Assembly: GCA_020184695.1 (NCBI GenBank)
Contig: JAANOX010000280.1
Coordinates: forward strand, 765,592 to 829,591
Origin: Histomonas meleagridis 2922-C6/04-290x
Taxonomy: Eukaryota; Protista; Parabasalia
Length of the DNA: 64,000 nucleotides
Direction of reading: 5' to 3'
Notes under the pieces: model-generated
Seen by the model: only the letters and a program-made list of their open reading frames with translations
Database searches by the model: none
What the model was told of the DNA's origin: nothing
Part shown: positions 25,164 to 34,978 of the stretch, one piece after another
How the letters are laid out: the number at the start of each line of letters is the position of its first letter
How positions within the stretch are numbered: the stretch's first letter is position 1
Made by a program: the position numbers and the translations under genes

Positions 25164-27806
25164 ATGCAAAACTTACTCACTTTGGAAAAGGAAATTTTTC
25201 AACTGGATGAAAATAATCTAGAGACATGCGTTGAATCAGTTATCCAATTATTTGGCTCATTTTCTGAAAATCCATATTCTTATAATCTAATCATTTGTCA
25301 ACTTGTTTATTATTCTTTTGTTTCAAAAACACAAGACGCCCAAGTTTATATCAGTTTTTTGAATGAAATTGACAAACAAGAAGAAAAATGTTCAACAGTT
25401 GAACATAAGATCATCACCATTTTTTCGCAATTTCTTCTTCGTATTAAATCCAAAGAATCTATTTATCTTCTTGAGAAAATGCTTGAAAATAAACTAATAG
25501 ATCCCGAATTAATCAAAAACAAAGCTACGTTATACTTTTCGCATTATAAAACTAAAGATGATATACCAAAAGAAAATTTACAATACAGTAATCAATTCTT
25601 TACAAACAAAGAAGAACTTGAAAAAGATGATTGGAAACTTCATAAAAAGCTTGTAGAAGATGGAGTTAATCCATTAGATATTGCACAAGCACTTCGTAAT
25701 GATGACATTGATAAACTTCAAGAAATTGCAACACAAAGTAACTTTAATTTTAATCAATCAATTGAACCATCACTTTATGAAAGGTTTTCATATGTAAGTA
25801 GATATAATGTTACACTTATTGATTATGCAGCATTTTTCGGATCAATTAAATGTTTCAAATATTTAATGTTAAATGGCGCGAATTTACAAAGCACTGGAAA
25901 ATATGCAGTATTAGGTGGAAATCATGAAATTATACATTTATGTGAGCAAAGCAATGCTTCTTTTGTCGGATCTTATGAAGCTGCAATTGAATTACATCGA
26001 AATGAAATATTTTATTATCTTTATGATCAAAAATTAATCGAAATTAATTTAATCGATTTGGGTATTAAATGTATCCAATTTTCTAATTTTGAAATTCTTT
26101 CGTTCCTTATGAATGAAGGATTAACTATTAATGAGAAAATTATTGAAGAAGCTGCTAAAGTTGGAAATATTTATCTCTTCAATATGTTTAATAAAGAAAA
26201 TAAAGTAATTAATGAACTTTTGCAATTTTCGGTTCAATCAGGTAATATTGAACTTGTTCAACAAATTATAAAAATGGACGGAATTAAAATAAATGAAATT
26301 TATTATCATTTATTGATGTTAAAATTTATATTTCTGGTGTTTATATTAGATTTAAAATATAGCACTTATAATCGCTTGCGAAAATGAATGTACTGATGTT
26401 GTTAAATTACTTCTTAAACAAGAAGGAATTGATATCAATTTCAAAAATGTTTTTTTAAATTAATTTGAAATTTGTTTATAATTTTTGAAATTTATTTTTT
26501 ATATTTGATAATTCACCTCTTATTATTGCATGTAAGAATGGATATTATGATGTTATGCAAATTCTTCTTGAACAAGATGGAATTGATGTAAATATTAAAA
26601 ATATTTTTATCATTTTATTTAAAGTTTATATTAAGAAATCGAAGTTTTATATTATTATTCGGAATTAATTTGTGTTACATAAAACAGCGCTAATTATATC
26701 ATCTGAAAGTGGTTATTCTAACATTGTGAAATTACTTCTTATGCATAAAGGAATTGATATTAATGCACAAGATAATTTTTATATGAAAAAATTGAAGTTA
26801 ACATTTAATATTTGGAATTTAATCAAATAATTTTGTACTTCTTTAATGTTTGCATGTGATAATGGATATACCGAAGTTGTTAAATTACTTCTTGCTGAAC
26901 CTGCATTAGATGTTAATCTTAAAGATATATATTTTTATTACTTCAAATTTGCTTCTTTTATTTGATGATTTTTTGAGTTATGTAATAATTATTTTCTTTA
27001 TTTTGGGTAGCATTTACTTATGCATGTAGAAGAAATAATGATCAAATTATTAAATTACTTCTTGGAAAAGAAGGAATTGATATTAATGTAAAAGATATTA
27101 ATTTAATAATTTCATAGTTTGATCAATATTTTTACTTTTTCATTTTTAATTTTGGAGTTAATTTATTTTGTTGCTAACACCATTTATTTGTGCTTGTCGT
27201 GATGGAAATATTGAAACTGTAAAAATACTTCTTGAGCAAAAGGAAATTGATATAATGGCTAAAAATGTTTATTTATTTCTTTTAATATTTCTTGGATTTT
27301 TATAACGTTTAAATTATGCTTTTGGTATTTATTTAAATGATTTTGGACAGGAATTGTTTATGCATGCAGAAATAAACATAATGAAATTGTTAAATTGTTA
27401 CTTGAACAAGAAGGTTTCGATGTAAATATGAAAGATATTTATGTTGATAATTTAACGTTTATTTTAATTTTTTAATGTTTTATTGGAATTTTTGGAGTTT
27501 GTTTAAAGGATTTTATACTTTGCTAATTCATGCATGTGATATCGGAAATTTGGAAGTTGTTAAAATACTTGTTGAACAAGATAAAATTGATATTAATATT
27601 AAAGATGTTATTTTATTTAGTTTGAAGTTTTAATCAAAGATTTGCTATTTGAATCATTAATTTGAAATTTATATTTAATGTTTCTTACAGCAATTACACA
27701 TGCATTTGAAAAAGGTCACATAGACATTGTAAAGTTCCTCATCCAACAAAAAGGAATAGAAGTAGAGGAACGCATTAGAGCAAACATTGAAAACCAAAAT
27801 AATTAA
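25164..27806 (+). CDS. DUF3447-type ankyrin-repeat protein whose nine C-terminal ankyrin cores are separated by non-coding-like spacers (~690 aa if spacers are removed)
   Basis: N-terminal part has LRNDDIDKLQ...TLIDYAAFFGSIKCFKYL. Ankyrin cores start at 26359, 26513, 26684, 26837, 27007, 27177, 27347, 27517 and 27687 (e.g. TSLMFACDNGYTEVVKLLLAEPALDVNLKD). Final stop at 27804-27806. Confidence 0.8.
26304..27686 (+). other. Array of nine U-rich intervening spacers in the ankyrin loops (KD-to-T gaps of 55, 64, 81, 63, 80, 80, 80, 80, 80 nt)
   Basis: Gaps are 26304-26358, 26449-26512, 26603-26683, 26774-26836, 26927-27006, 27097-27176, 27267-27346, 27437-27516 and 27607-27686. Each breaks the frame or contains an in-frame stop. 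Confidence 0.85.
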
Positions 27807-27897
27807 AAAGCTCATCAAAACTATCTTTGTATTTTTATTTATCATATGATCATATAACGAATATTATTGATTTTGATTGTTGAGTATTTTCCTTATG

Positions 27898-27900
<3 letters not shown>

Positions 27901-27926
<26 letters not shown>
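27901..27926. repeat. (AT)n microsatellite
   Basis: 13 AT units. Confidence 0.9.
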
Positions 27927-27933
<7 letters not shown>

Positions 27934-28139
27934 TATAATATTACATTATATTATGTTATTCGATATTCATAATGAAAAAGGCTTGACAAAATGTTTTTCG
28001 ATTGTTTTTTTGAAAATTATTCCTATATTTCATAATGAAATTTTAAGCAATATATTGGCCATTTTATTGTATGCCTTGTAATTTTGCTAATTTTTTGAAT
28101 TGCTCAGTATATCTTGATAAAGTCAATAATGGGTTTTTC

Positions 28140-28640
28140 TTCTTTGTAAACATCAAATTTTTGAATTAACCGTCAATGAGTGGACCGTTAAAAAATATCT
28201 TGAAAAAGTGTTTTTATTTCAATACTTTATGTGGATACGATTGAAATATACTGATTTTTTAAATAAAATAGATCAGAAATATTTTTTTTAAAAAATTAAT
28301 ATATAAATCAATATATGCTATTAAAAAATATAACTATTTATGCATATCATAATTTCTAATTATTTATAGAAATTATAAGAAAAATCAATCCGAGCATATC
28401 ATGGTTGAAAATGAAATAATTGATTCAGAAATATGTAAATTGAAAAAAACTTTATAAAAAGAAATTATAAATCTAAATTCAACGAATTCTCAGATAACTT
28501 TTTTCAAAACATTAATGAACTATCAAAGAATGATTGGGAACTTCATAAAAATATAATAAAGAAGGACATAACCCAATTAAAAATAATTCGTAATGATGAA
28601 ATAGAACAACTTCAAGAAATATCATCACAAATTCCGAATA
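28140..28640 (+). pseudogene. Relic of the N-terminal half of a DUF3447-ankyrin paralogue
   Basis: KYTDFLNKIDQ, MVENEIIDSEI, NELSKNDWELHKNII, IRNDEIEQLQEISSQ match segments of the 25164 protein. Contains stops and frameshifts. Confidence 0.65.
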
Positions 28641-28649
28641 TAAAAACAT

Positions 28650-29766
28650 TTAGAAACACTTACGATGAACAATTCCCGGTCCTGATTCTTCGTATTCTTC
28701 ACGTGTTATAACCATCTGTGGGAATGTAGAGAGTGACGCAAGTTTACATCCTCCAATCCACGCAGAATATTTGCGTTCTGGTGGTGAAACAACATTGATC
28801 TTCATCGTAGTTGGTGCAAGATTAAGCATTTCGTTCTGCAAATCCTTCAAACATCGTGTTGCCTCCTGATAGAAGAATGTTCCCAAAGAGATCCTTGCGG
28901 ACATCAGCGCCGCATTCCATAATGGATGCAAAAAGATATTGATCAATGCCGTCGAAGTCAAATCCTCCAAAATATGGTCTAAAAAGAAGTTCCGTACATC
29001 TGAAGCGCTCATTTCCAATGCTGATGACGTCACCATTTGGAAGTGCGTATGAGATATCACATTCGGATGTTGTGTCTGCTTTTGCAAGTTCTTCATCATA
29101 ATCAAGTGCAACGTATGCAATGATTTCTTTGATGTCACGAACAATTTTCCTTTCATTGAATGTGGTAAGAAGATAGCCACGTTGGATAAGGATCTTTTGG
29201 AGATATGACGTAATGTCACGACCGGCAAGATTGAAACCCTTAATGGCGTGCGGGAAAGAGTAACCTTCGTAAATTGGAACTGCGAAAGAAGCACCATCAC
29301 CTGACTCTAAAACAACACCAGTGACACAATCTGTTGAATAAAGGGAAAGAACAGGTTGCGTACAAATGTAGCATGCTGGAACATTGAATGTTTCGAAATG
29401 AATTTGAAGCATCTTTTCACGCATCCCTTTTGGACTCGTTGGAGCTTCTGTAAGAAGAACTGCATACTCTGCTGGATCAACACGTAATTCGTTGTAGAAG
29501 GCATGGCACCATATCTTTTCCATTTTGTCCCAGTTTGTAACAAAACCATGTTCAATCGGGTACTTGAGGATAAGAAGACCTGCCTTATCGAAAGCTTCAT
29601 TACCAATATATGAATCGCGTAAATTGGAATTCCAATATGTTGCAACATATTTTGGGAAGCCAACAACAGAAGGGAAAATTGCGCGTGGTGCTTCTTCATT
29701 AGAAAAACCGACCTTACACGTATCAGAACCATTGTCAATAATTATTGTTTGATTGTTTTCATCCAT
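28650..29766 (-). CDS. ACT: Divergent actin with an 11-nt deletion frameshift at about 28833-28843
   Basis: [56 protein letters not shown]. The reading switches frame at GFAER/LQNEM. Confidence 0.9.
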
Positions 29767-29871
29767 GACAAATTGCTGTTTTTTTTTATTTGTAATTTCT
29801 CAAAATTTTTAGTTCTGAAAAAAAAGTTCTTATTATGTCACTTTTATGTAATATATCGGACCATTTCTCCA

Positions 29872-30420
29872 ATGAGCGGTAAAATCATTCGCCCAAAAAC
29901 ATTTTTTGATATAAAGATAGATGACAAAGACATTGGAAGGATTGTTTTTGAATTGTTTGCTGATTGGGTTCCAAAGACAACTGAAAATTTCCGTGCAATA
30001 TGTACTGGAGAAAAAGGAGAAGGTAAATCAAAGAAACCTCTCCATTACAAAGGCTCAAAATTCCACCGTATTATTCCACAATTTATGATTCAAGGAGGAG
30101 ATTTCACAAGAGGAAATGGAACTGGTGGTGAATCAATATATGGAGAAAGATTTGAGGATGAGAATTTTGAAATTCCACATCAAATTCCTGGGCTTGTATC
30201 AATGGCGAATGCTGGACCAAATACAAATGGAAGTCAATTCTTCATCACAACAGTTCCTTGCCCTTGGCTTGATGGACACCATGTTGTGTTTGGACGAGTA
30301 ATAGAAGGAATGGATATTGTCAAGGAAATTGAAAAACAAGGTTCACCAAGTGGAATTCCAAAAGCAGTTTGTGAAATTTATAACTGTGGAGAAATCCAAC
30401 CAGAAGTAAAGAAAATATGA
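29872..30420 (+). CDS. CYP: Cyclophilin-type peptidyl-prolyl isomerase
   Basis: [58 protein letters not shown]. Confidence 0.97.
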   Translation: MSGKIIRPKTFFDIKIDDKDIGRIVFELFADWVPKTTENFRAICTGEKGEGKSKKPLHYKGSKFHRIIPQFMIQGGDFTRGNGTGGESIYGERFEDENFEIPHQIPGLVSMANAGPNTNGSQFFITTVPCPWLDGHHVVFGRVIEGMDIVKEIEKQGSPSGIPKAVCEIYNCGEIQPEVKKI

Positions 30421-30781
30421 ATTTGACATTCAAATCATTGGTTTTATTACTATTCTTTTTTTAAAATTGATTATTATAAATATCAAAACTGGGTAAAGGA
30501 TATTTGAGTGTACACCTGTTTGATGACATAATACCAGAGTATTTTTTTGATATTTCAAAATTTGATTTGAAAAAAAGTTAGATTGATCCTTTGATTTATT
30601 AGCTCACCAATTGAATAAAAGTTACATATGCATTTCTAATTGTTTATAATTTAACTTTTGAGCAGGCTAACGATTTTTTGCAGCGCATTTTGTAAACGGC
30701 TTACCTTTTATGTTTTGAACCGAATTTGCCGGCAAGGCGCACAAAACAAGATTTTGAAAATAGCCGGCCATTTATAGGAAA

Positions 30782-31294
30782 ATGTCCAACGAGCTTCCAT
30801 ACACTTGGGAACAAACTTTAGAAGATGTCACTGTGTCTGTTATTGTTGAGGCCGGGATACCAGGAAAAATGGTTAATTGCCAAATTAAAAAAAATCACTT
30901 GATCGTAGGAATCAAAGGAAAAACACCAATAATTGATGGTGATCTTTCAGAAGAAGTGAAGCCTGGTGATTCATCATGGACAATTGCTGATGTTAAAGAT
31001 GGACGTGAAATTCAAGTTTATCTTGTTAAAAAGACTGGAATGCATTGGTGGAAAAACGTGATTGTTGGTGATCCAGAGATTGACGTATCTAAGATCGAAC
31101 CAGAGAATAGCAAACTTTCTGATCTCGATCCAGAAACACGTCAGACTGTCGAAAAGATGATGTATGATCAACGCGCAAAAGCTGCCGGCTTACCAACAAC
31201 TGAAGAAATCAAGAATCGTGAAATGATTGAAAAGCTTACACGCGAGCACCCAGAGTTTGCACAACAACTTGCAAAAGCACAATCAGGTAAGTAA
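30782..31294 (+). CDS. nudC: NudC-like CS-domain protein
   Basis: YTWEQTLEDV, WWKNVIVGDPEID, SKLSDLDPETRQTVEKMMYDQRAKAAGLPT. Confidence 0.93.
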   Translation: MSNELPYTWEQTLEDVTVSVIVEAGIPGKMVNCQIKKNHLIVGIKGKTPIIDGDLSEEVKPGDSSWTIADVKDGREIQVYLVKKTGMHWWKNVIVGDPEIDVSKIEPENSKLSDLDPETRQTVEKMMYDQRAKAAGLPTTEEIKNREMIEKLTREHPEFAQQLAKAQSGK

Positions 31295-31394
31295 AGTTTT
31301 GAAAATATTGAATAGTCACTTTTTGGTTCAAAGTAAACGTAATCCTCATAAACGTATTTTGGTGAATTGAGTTAACGGTTGAAATTCTGGTAAA

Positions 31395-32018
31395 ATGAAA
31401 GGAACTGATCCAAAGAAGCTCACTAAAGATGAGCTAATTAAAAGCCTTAAACAAGAAGGCGTAGAGGTGCCAAATAATGCTACAAGATTACAGCTTTTAT
31501 CAATTTATTTAAAAAATCAAAAATCAAAAATTGAGTCAAGTAACAAGAATCCTAAACAAAGACAAACATCTCCTGTGCCACAAAATATATTCGAAACTCA
31601 CATATCACGAAATTCGTCTAGGTCAAGTCGATCTCAAACGCCAACTCCAATAACAAAAAAATTGGAATTTAAAGTCAAATATAAAATTGCTAGTCATATT
31701 ACATCTATGCTTTCTGTTGTCTTCTTTGTTTTTGGATTGCTTTCGAGCCCATTGTTTTTTATTTTCTCAGGAATCTTTTGTACTGCATGGTATTTCATTC
31801 GCGTTGCAAATGCAAATTCGATTGTTCAACAATCTAACATCTTACAACAGCATGTTGAAACATTGTTATACAAAAGAGGAAGTATTTCCATGGATGAATT
31901 AAAAAGACGTTTCGTTATTGACCCATCAATTCTCTCATATCTAAAAAAGAAGCTTATTAAAGCATCAAAAATAGAAGTCACACAAAAAAACAAAATTGAA
32001 ATATGGTGTATTAAATAA
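31395..32018 (+). CDS. Small membrane protein with N-terminal HeH/LEM/SAP-like motif, two TM helices and a winged-helix-like C-terminus
   Basis: KLTKDELIKSLKQEGVEVPNNATRLQLLSIY; S/R-rich linker; hydrophobic hairpin; basic C-terminus. Confidence 0.55.
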   Translation: MKGTDPKKLTKDELIKSLKQEGVEVPNNATRLQLLSIYLKNQKSKIESSNKNPKQRQTSPVPQNIFETHISRNSSRSSRSQTPTPITKKLEFKVKYKIASHITSMLSVVFFVFGLLSSPLFFIFSGIFCTAWYFIRVANANSIVQQSNILQQHVETLLYKRGSISMDELKRRFVIDPSILSYLKKKLIKASKIEVTQKNKIEIWCIK

Positions 32019-32169
32019 AATAATTACTTTTTGTTCTAAAAATACTAAACTACAAATTGTCAAACAAGATGGCCAATATGTTTAAAGTAAATATAATCTT
32101 ATTTTTAACGCAATATTGTGGATAAGTTTGTTTTTGCTGTTTCTTGAGATATTTTAAACGTATTCTGAT

Positions 32170-34596
32170 ATGGATGATTTCGAAAATTCTTTAACTCATT
32201 CTCATTCAGGATCTTCTAGTGATCTAGAAAAGCTAGTGAATTGCATGACAGAAGTAAGGTCGTTTGCAGAAAGCAGATCTGCAAAAAGCACGCTTTTAGA
32301 ATCTTTAGAAAATAAAATAAAAAAATTGCTTCATTACAGAGAAGAATCAATAACGCTTAGATCAAAACTTAAATTATCTGATGAATCACAGAAAATTCTT
32401 ATAGCTGAATTTGCATTTCAAAAAAAACAATACGAACAAGAAATTCAGCAATTAAAAAATATTGTGAAAGAATTAAGAGAAGCTCTCCTTAAAGAAGCCC
32501 CAACAGCCGAGCCTATGGATGATGACAAGAAAAAGATAACGGAATCAAATAATGAAAAAATTACAAACAAAGATCTCACAGACAAAATACTAGAACTAGA
32601 ACAACAGAATAATAATTACAAAGACAAAATAAAAGAATTAGATGAACAAAACAAAAACCTTATTATCAAAGTACAACAATTAGAACAACAAAACCAAATA
32701 CTTAAAAACAAAATTCATGAATTAGTAAATCAGAATAAAGAATATAACAATAAAATAAATGAATTAAAACAAAGCAAAAACAATGATAACAAAGCGCAAA
32801 CATTAGAAAGTCAAATGCAAAGTCTTAACAATAAAATACATGAATTAAAACAACAAAACAAAAAGCTCAAAACCAGAATTCAAGAATTAGAAAATCAAAG
32901 CAATGAAAGCAACCAAAAAATGCGAAAACTAGAAGATCAAAATCATAATTACAATAATAAAATACAAAAGTTAAAACATCAAAACGATAGTTACATCAAC
33001 AAAATAAATGAATTCCAACAGAAAGACAAAGACCACAACAACAAAATGCAAATATTGGAAAGTCAAAACAATGATAACATTAATATAATAAATGAATTAA
33101 AGCAACAAAATCAAAAACTCAACAACAAAATGCAAATATTGGAAAGTCAAAACGATGATAACATTAATATAATAAATGAATTAAAGCAACAAAATCAAAA
33201 ACTCAACAACAAAATCCAAGAATTAGAACATCAAAATAAAGTCTTCAACAATGCAATTCAACAAAACGAAAGCAAAGACGACAATTCCAAACTCATTCAC
33301 CATTTGCAGAACAAAATCAACAGGCGGAACATTGCTATTAACATCTTAAGGAAAGAGAACCACAGCATTTCGCTCGAGCTCCAAAAGCGCATCAACGCCT
33401 CAAAGCGTATTCGCGAAATTATTACAGAACAAACGCAACAGCACAAAACGCATGTACAGCAAATTGAATCAATTTTACATCATTACGAATCAGAATTTCA
33501 AGTCCTCGAAGACATATTACATGTGGAAGATGATCCTTTACATGAATGGGTTAACATTCGTAAAAAAGCTCGTGAAGCATTTGATGCGATTACATTAGCA
33601 GAAGAAAATAAAATACTTCTTTCTTCAGCAAAAAAGGAAATAGATGAACTCCAGCAAAAAATCCAAACATTTCCAGAAAAATTGGATAAAACGAATGAAT
33701 ATTCGCAGCTATTAATGGAATTCGAAAGTTATAAAAAAGAAAATGAAATAATTCAAAGGTTTACACAGCAAAACCGTCTCAGGAATTTATTTTCAAGAAA
33801 AATTGCACAATGTTACAAAGAAGCTATAGACTTTATTAATGAACTATATGAAAGTATAATCGGAAAGAAAGAACAAAGTTTAAGAACTGTTGTGTTAACA
33901 GTAATTTTTACATGTCGATGGAACAAAATTAAAAATTTAAAGAATCAAATATTTGATGAAAATTCTTTACATAACTTAACAATTCCAACAAAATATTCAT
34001 TTGATTTTAAACTTAAAGAAATTAGTAATACATTTTTAGAGTTAACAAATGAATTAATTAATGTGAAAAGAGAAATACAAAAGAAAAACGAAGAATTTAA
34101 TAACTTAAAATTATATTACGAAGAACGAACAGAAAACATTGAAAACGCACAAAAAATCATTGATAAATATAAAGAAAGAATACAATGTATAGCTGAAGAA
34201 AACTCGAAATTAATACATCCATCAAAATTAGAAAAAATAATTTCGAAATTAAATGAAATAGAAAATGAAAATCAAAAGTTAAATATTAAAATAAATGAGT
34301 TAAACTGTGAAATAGAAAAGAAAAAAGATGAAATTTCTGTGAGCAATAATGAGATAATGAAATATAAAGTGAAGCAAAATGAGGTTTTAGAGGAAATGAA
34401 AGCAATAAAAAATGAGCTAAATAGTAAAAAAGATGAAATTGATGTCCTAAAAACAAAGTTGTGTGAAAGAAATAAAGAAATTTTGGCGTTGGAAAGAATA
34501 GTAAATTTGTCTTCATGTAGAGTTGTGAATGCAGATTACAAACAGAAAGAGAATAGCATCGAGATTTACAGGATAAATCAAAGCTTCCTTCCATAG
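32170..34596 (+). CDS. Long coiled-coil protein
   Basis: 808-aa N/Q/K/E-rich heptad ORF. Confidence 0.85.
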   Translation: MDDFENSLTHSHSGSSSDLEKLVNCMTEVRSFAESRSAKSTLLESLENKIKKLLHYREESITLRSKLKLSDESQKILIAEFAFQKKQYEQEIQQLKNIVKELREALLKEAPTAEPMDDDKKKITESNNEKITNKDLTDKILELEQQNNNYKDKIKELDEQNKNLIIKVQQLEQQNQILKNKIHELVNQNKEYNNKINELKQSKNNDNKAQTLESQMQSLNNKIHELKQQNKKLKTRIQELENQSNESNQKMRKLEDQNHNYNNKIQKLKHQNDSYINKINEFQQKDKDHNNKMQILESQNNDNINIINELKQQNQKLNNKMQILESQNDDNINIINELKQQNQKLNNKIQELEHQNKVFNNAIQQNESKDDNSKLIHHLQNKINRRNIAINILRKENHSISLELQKRINASKRIREIITEQTQQHKTHVQQIESILHHYESEFQVLEDILHVEDDPLHEWVNIRKKAREAFDAITLAEENKILLSSAKKEIDELQQKIQTFPEKLDKTNEYSQLLMEFESYKKENEIIQRFTQQNRLRNLFSRKIAQCYKEAIDFINELYESIIGKKEQSLRTVVLTVIFTCRWNKIKNLKNQIFDENSLHNLTIPTKYSFDFKLKEISNTFLELTNELINVKREIQKKNEEFNNLKLYYEERTENIENAQKIIDKYKERIQCIAEENSKLIHPSKLEKIISKLNEIENENQKLNIKINELNCEIEKKKDEISVSNNEIMKYKVKQNEVLEEMKAIKNELNSKKDEIDVLKTKLCERNKEILALERIVNLSSCRVVNADYKQKENSIEIYRINQSFLP
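33037..33215 (+). repeat. 84-nt (28-aa, four-heptad) tandem duplication
   Basis: AACAACAAAATGCAAATATTGGAAAGTCAAAAC... recurs at 33037 and 33121, with a partial copy at 33205. Confidence 0.9.
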
Positions 34597-34732
34597 TGTT
34601 TCAATAAAATGTTAAATATTTTAGATAAGTATCATATTAAATAATATTGTACAATATGTAAAAAAAACAACAGAATAAATTTTCTTCTTAAAATTATTTA
34701 CTTCATATAATTGATCCTTTAAAGGAAATGAA

Positions 34733-34814
34733 GGCACGATGGCCGAGTGGTTAAGGCGTGGGATTTGAGTCCCCATGGGTTTATCCCTCATCAGTTCGAA
34801 TCTGGTTCGTGTCG
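34733..34814 (+). tRNA. tRNA-Ser(TGA)
   Basis: Acceptor GGCACGA/TCGTGTC, discriminator G, D-loop AGTGGTTAA, anticodon TGA at 34766-34768, long variable arm, GTTCGAAT T-loop. Confidence 0.9.
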
Positions 34815-34821
34815 TTTTTTT
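34815..34821 (+). terminator. Pol III oligo-T terminator
   Basis: T7 immediately 3' of the tRNA. Confidence 0.8.
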
Positions 34822-34978
34822 GATTTTTCATCACTCCAAATCAATATTTTTTAATCTTGAAAATTTCAATAAAACCAATTGTGATGAGCCAGTGTTAAAG
34901 TCGCAGAAGGAGTTTTAACACTGTTAGGATCAGCAAAAATGATTTTTTTCTTTGCCATTCTTTGTGATTTCACATAAC

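Noticed and set aside
26304-27686. CRISPR-like repeat/spacer reading of the 170-nt periodic array
   Set aside because: The 'repeats' are diverged protein-coding ankyrin units in a eukaryotic gene. There are no identical palindromic repeats and no cas genes.
27607-27690. Apparent GT...TTACAG intron in the last ankyrin gap (similarly 27267-27350)
   Set aside because: Removing these 84 nt puts the next core out of frame and deletes the conserved Thr. There is no ACTAAC branch site. The AG arises from Thr-Ala/Gly codons.
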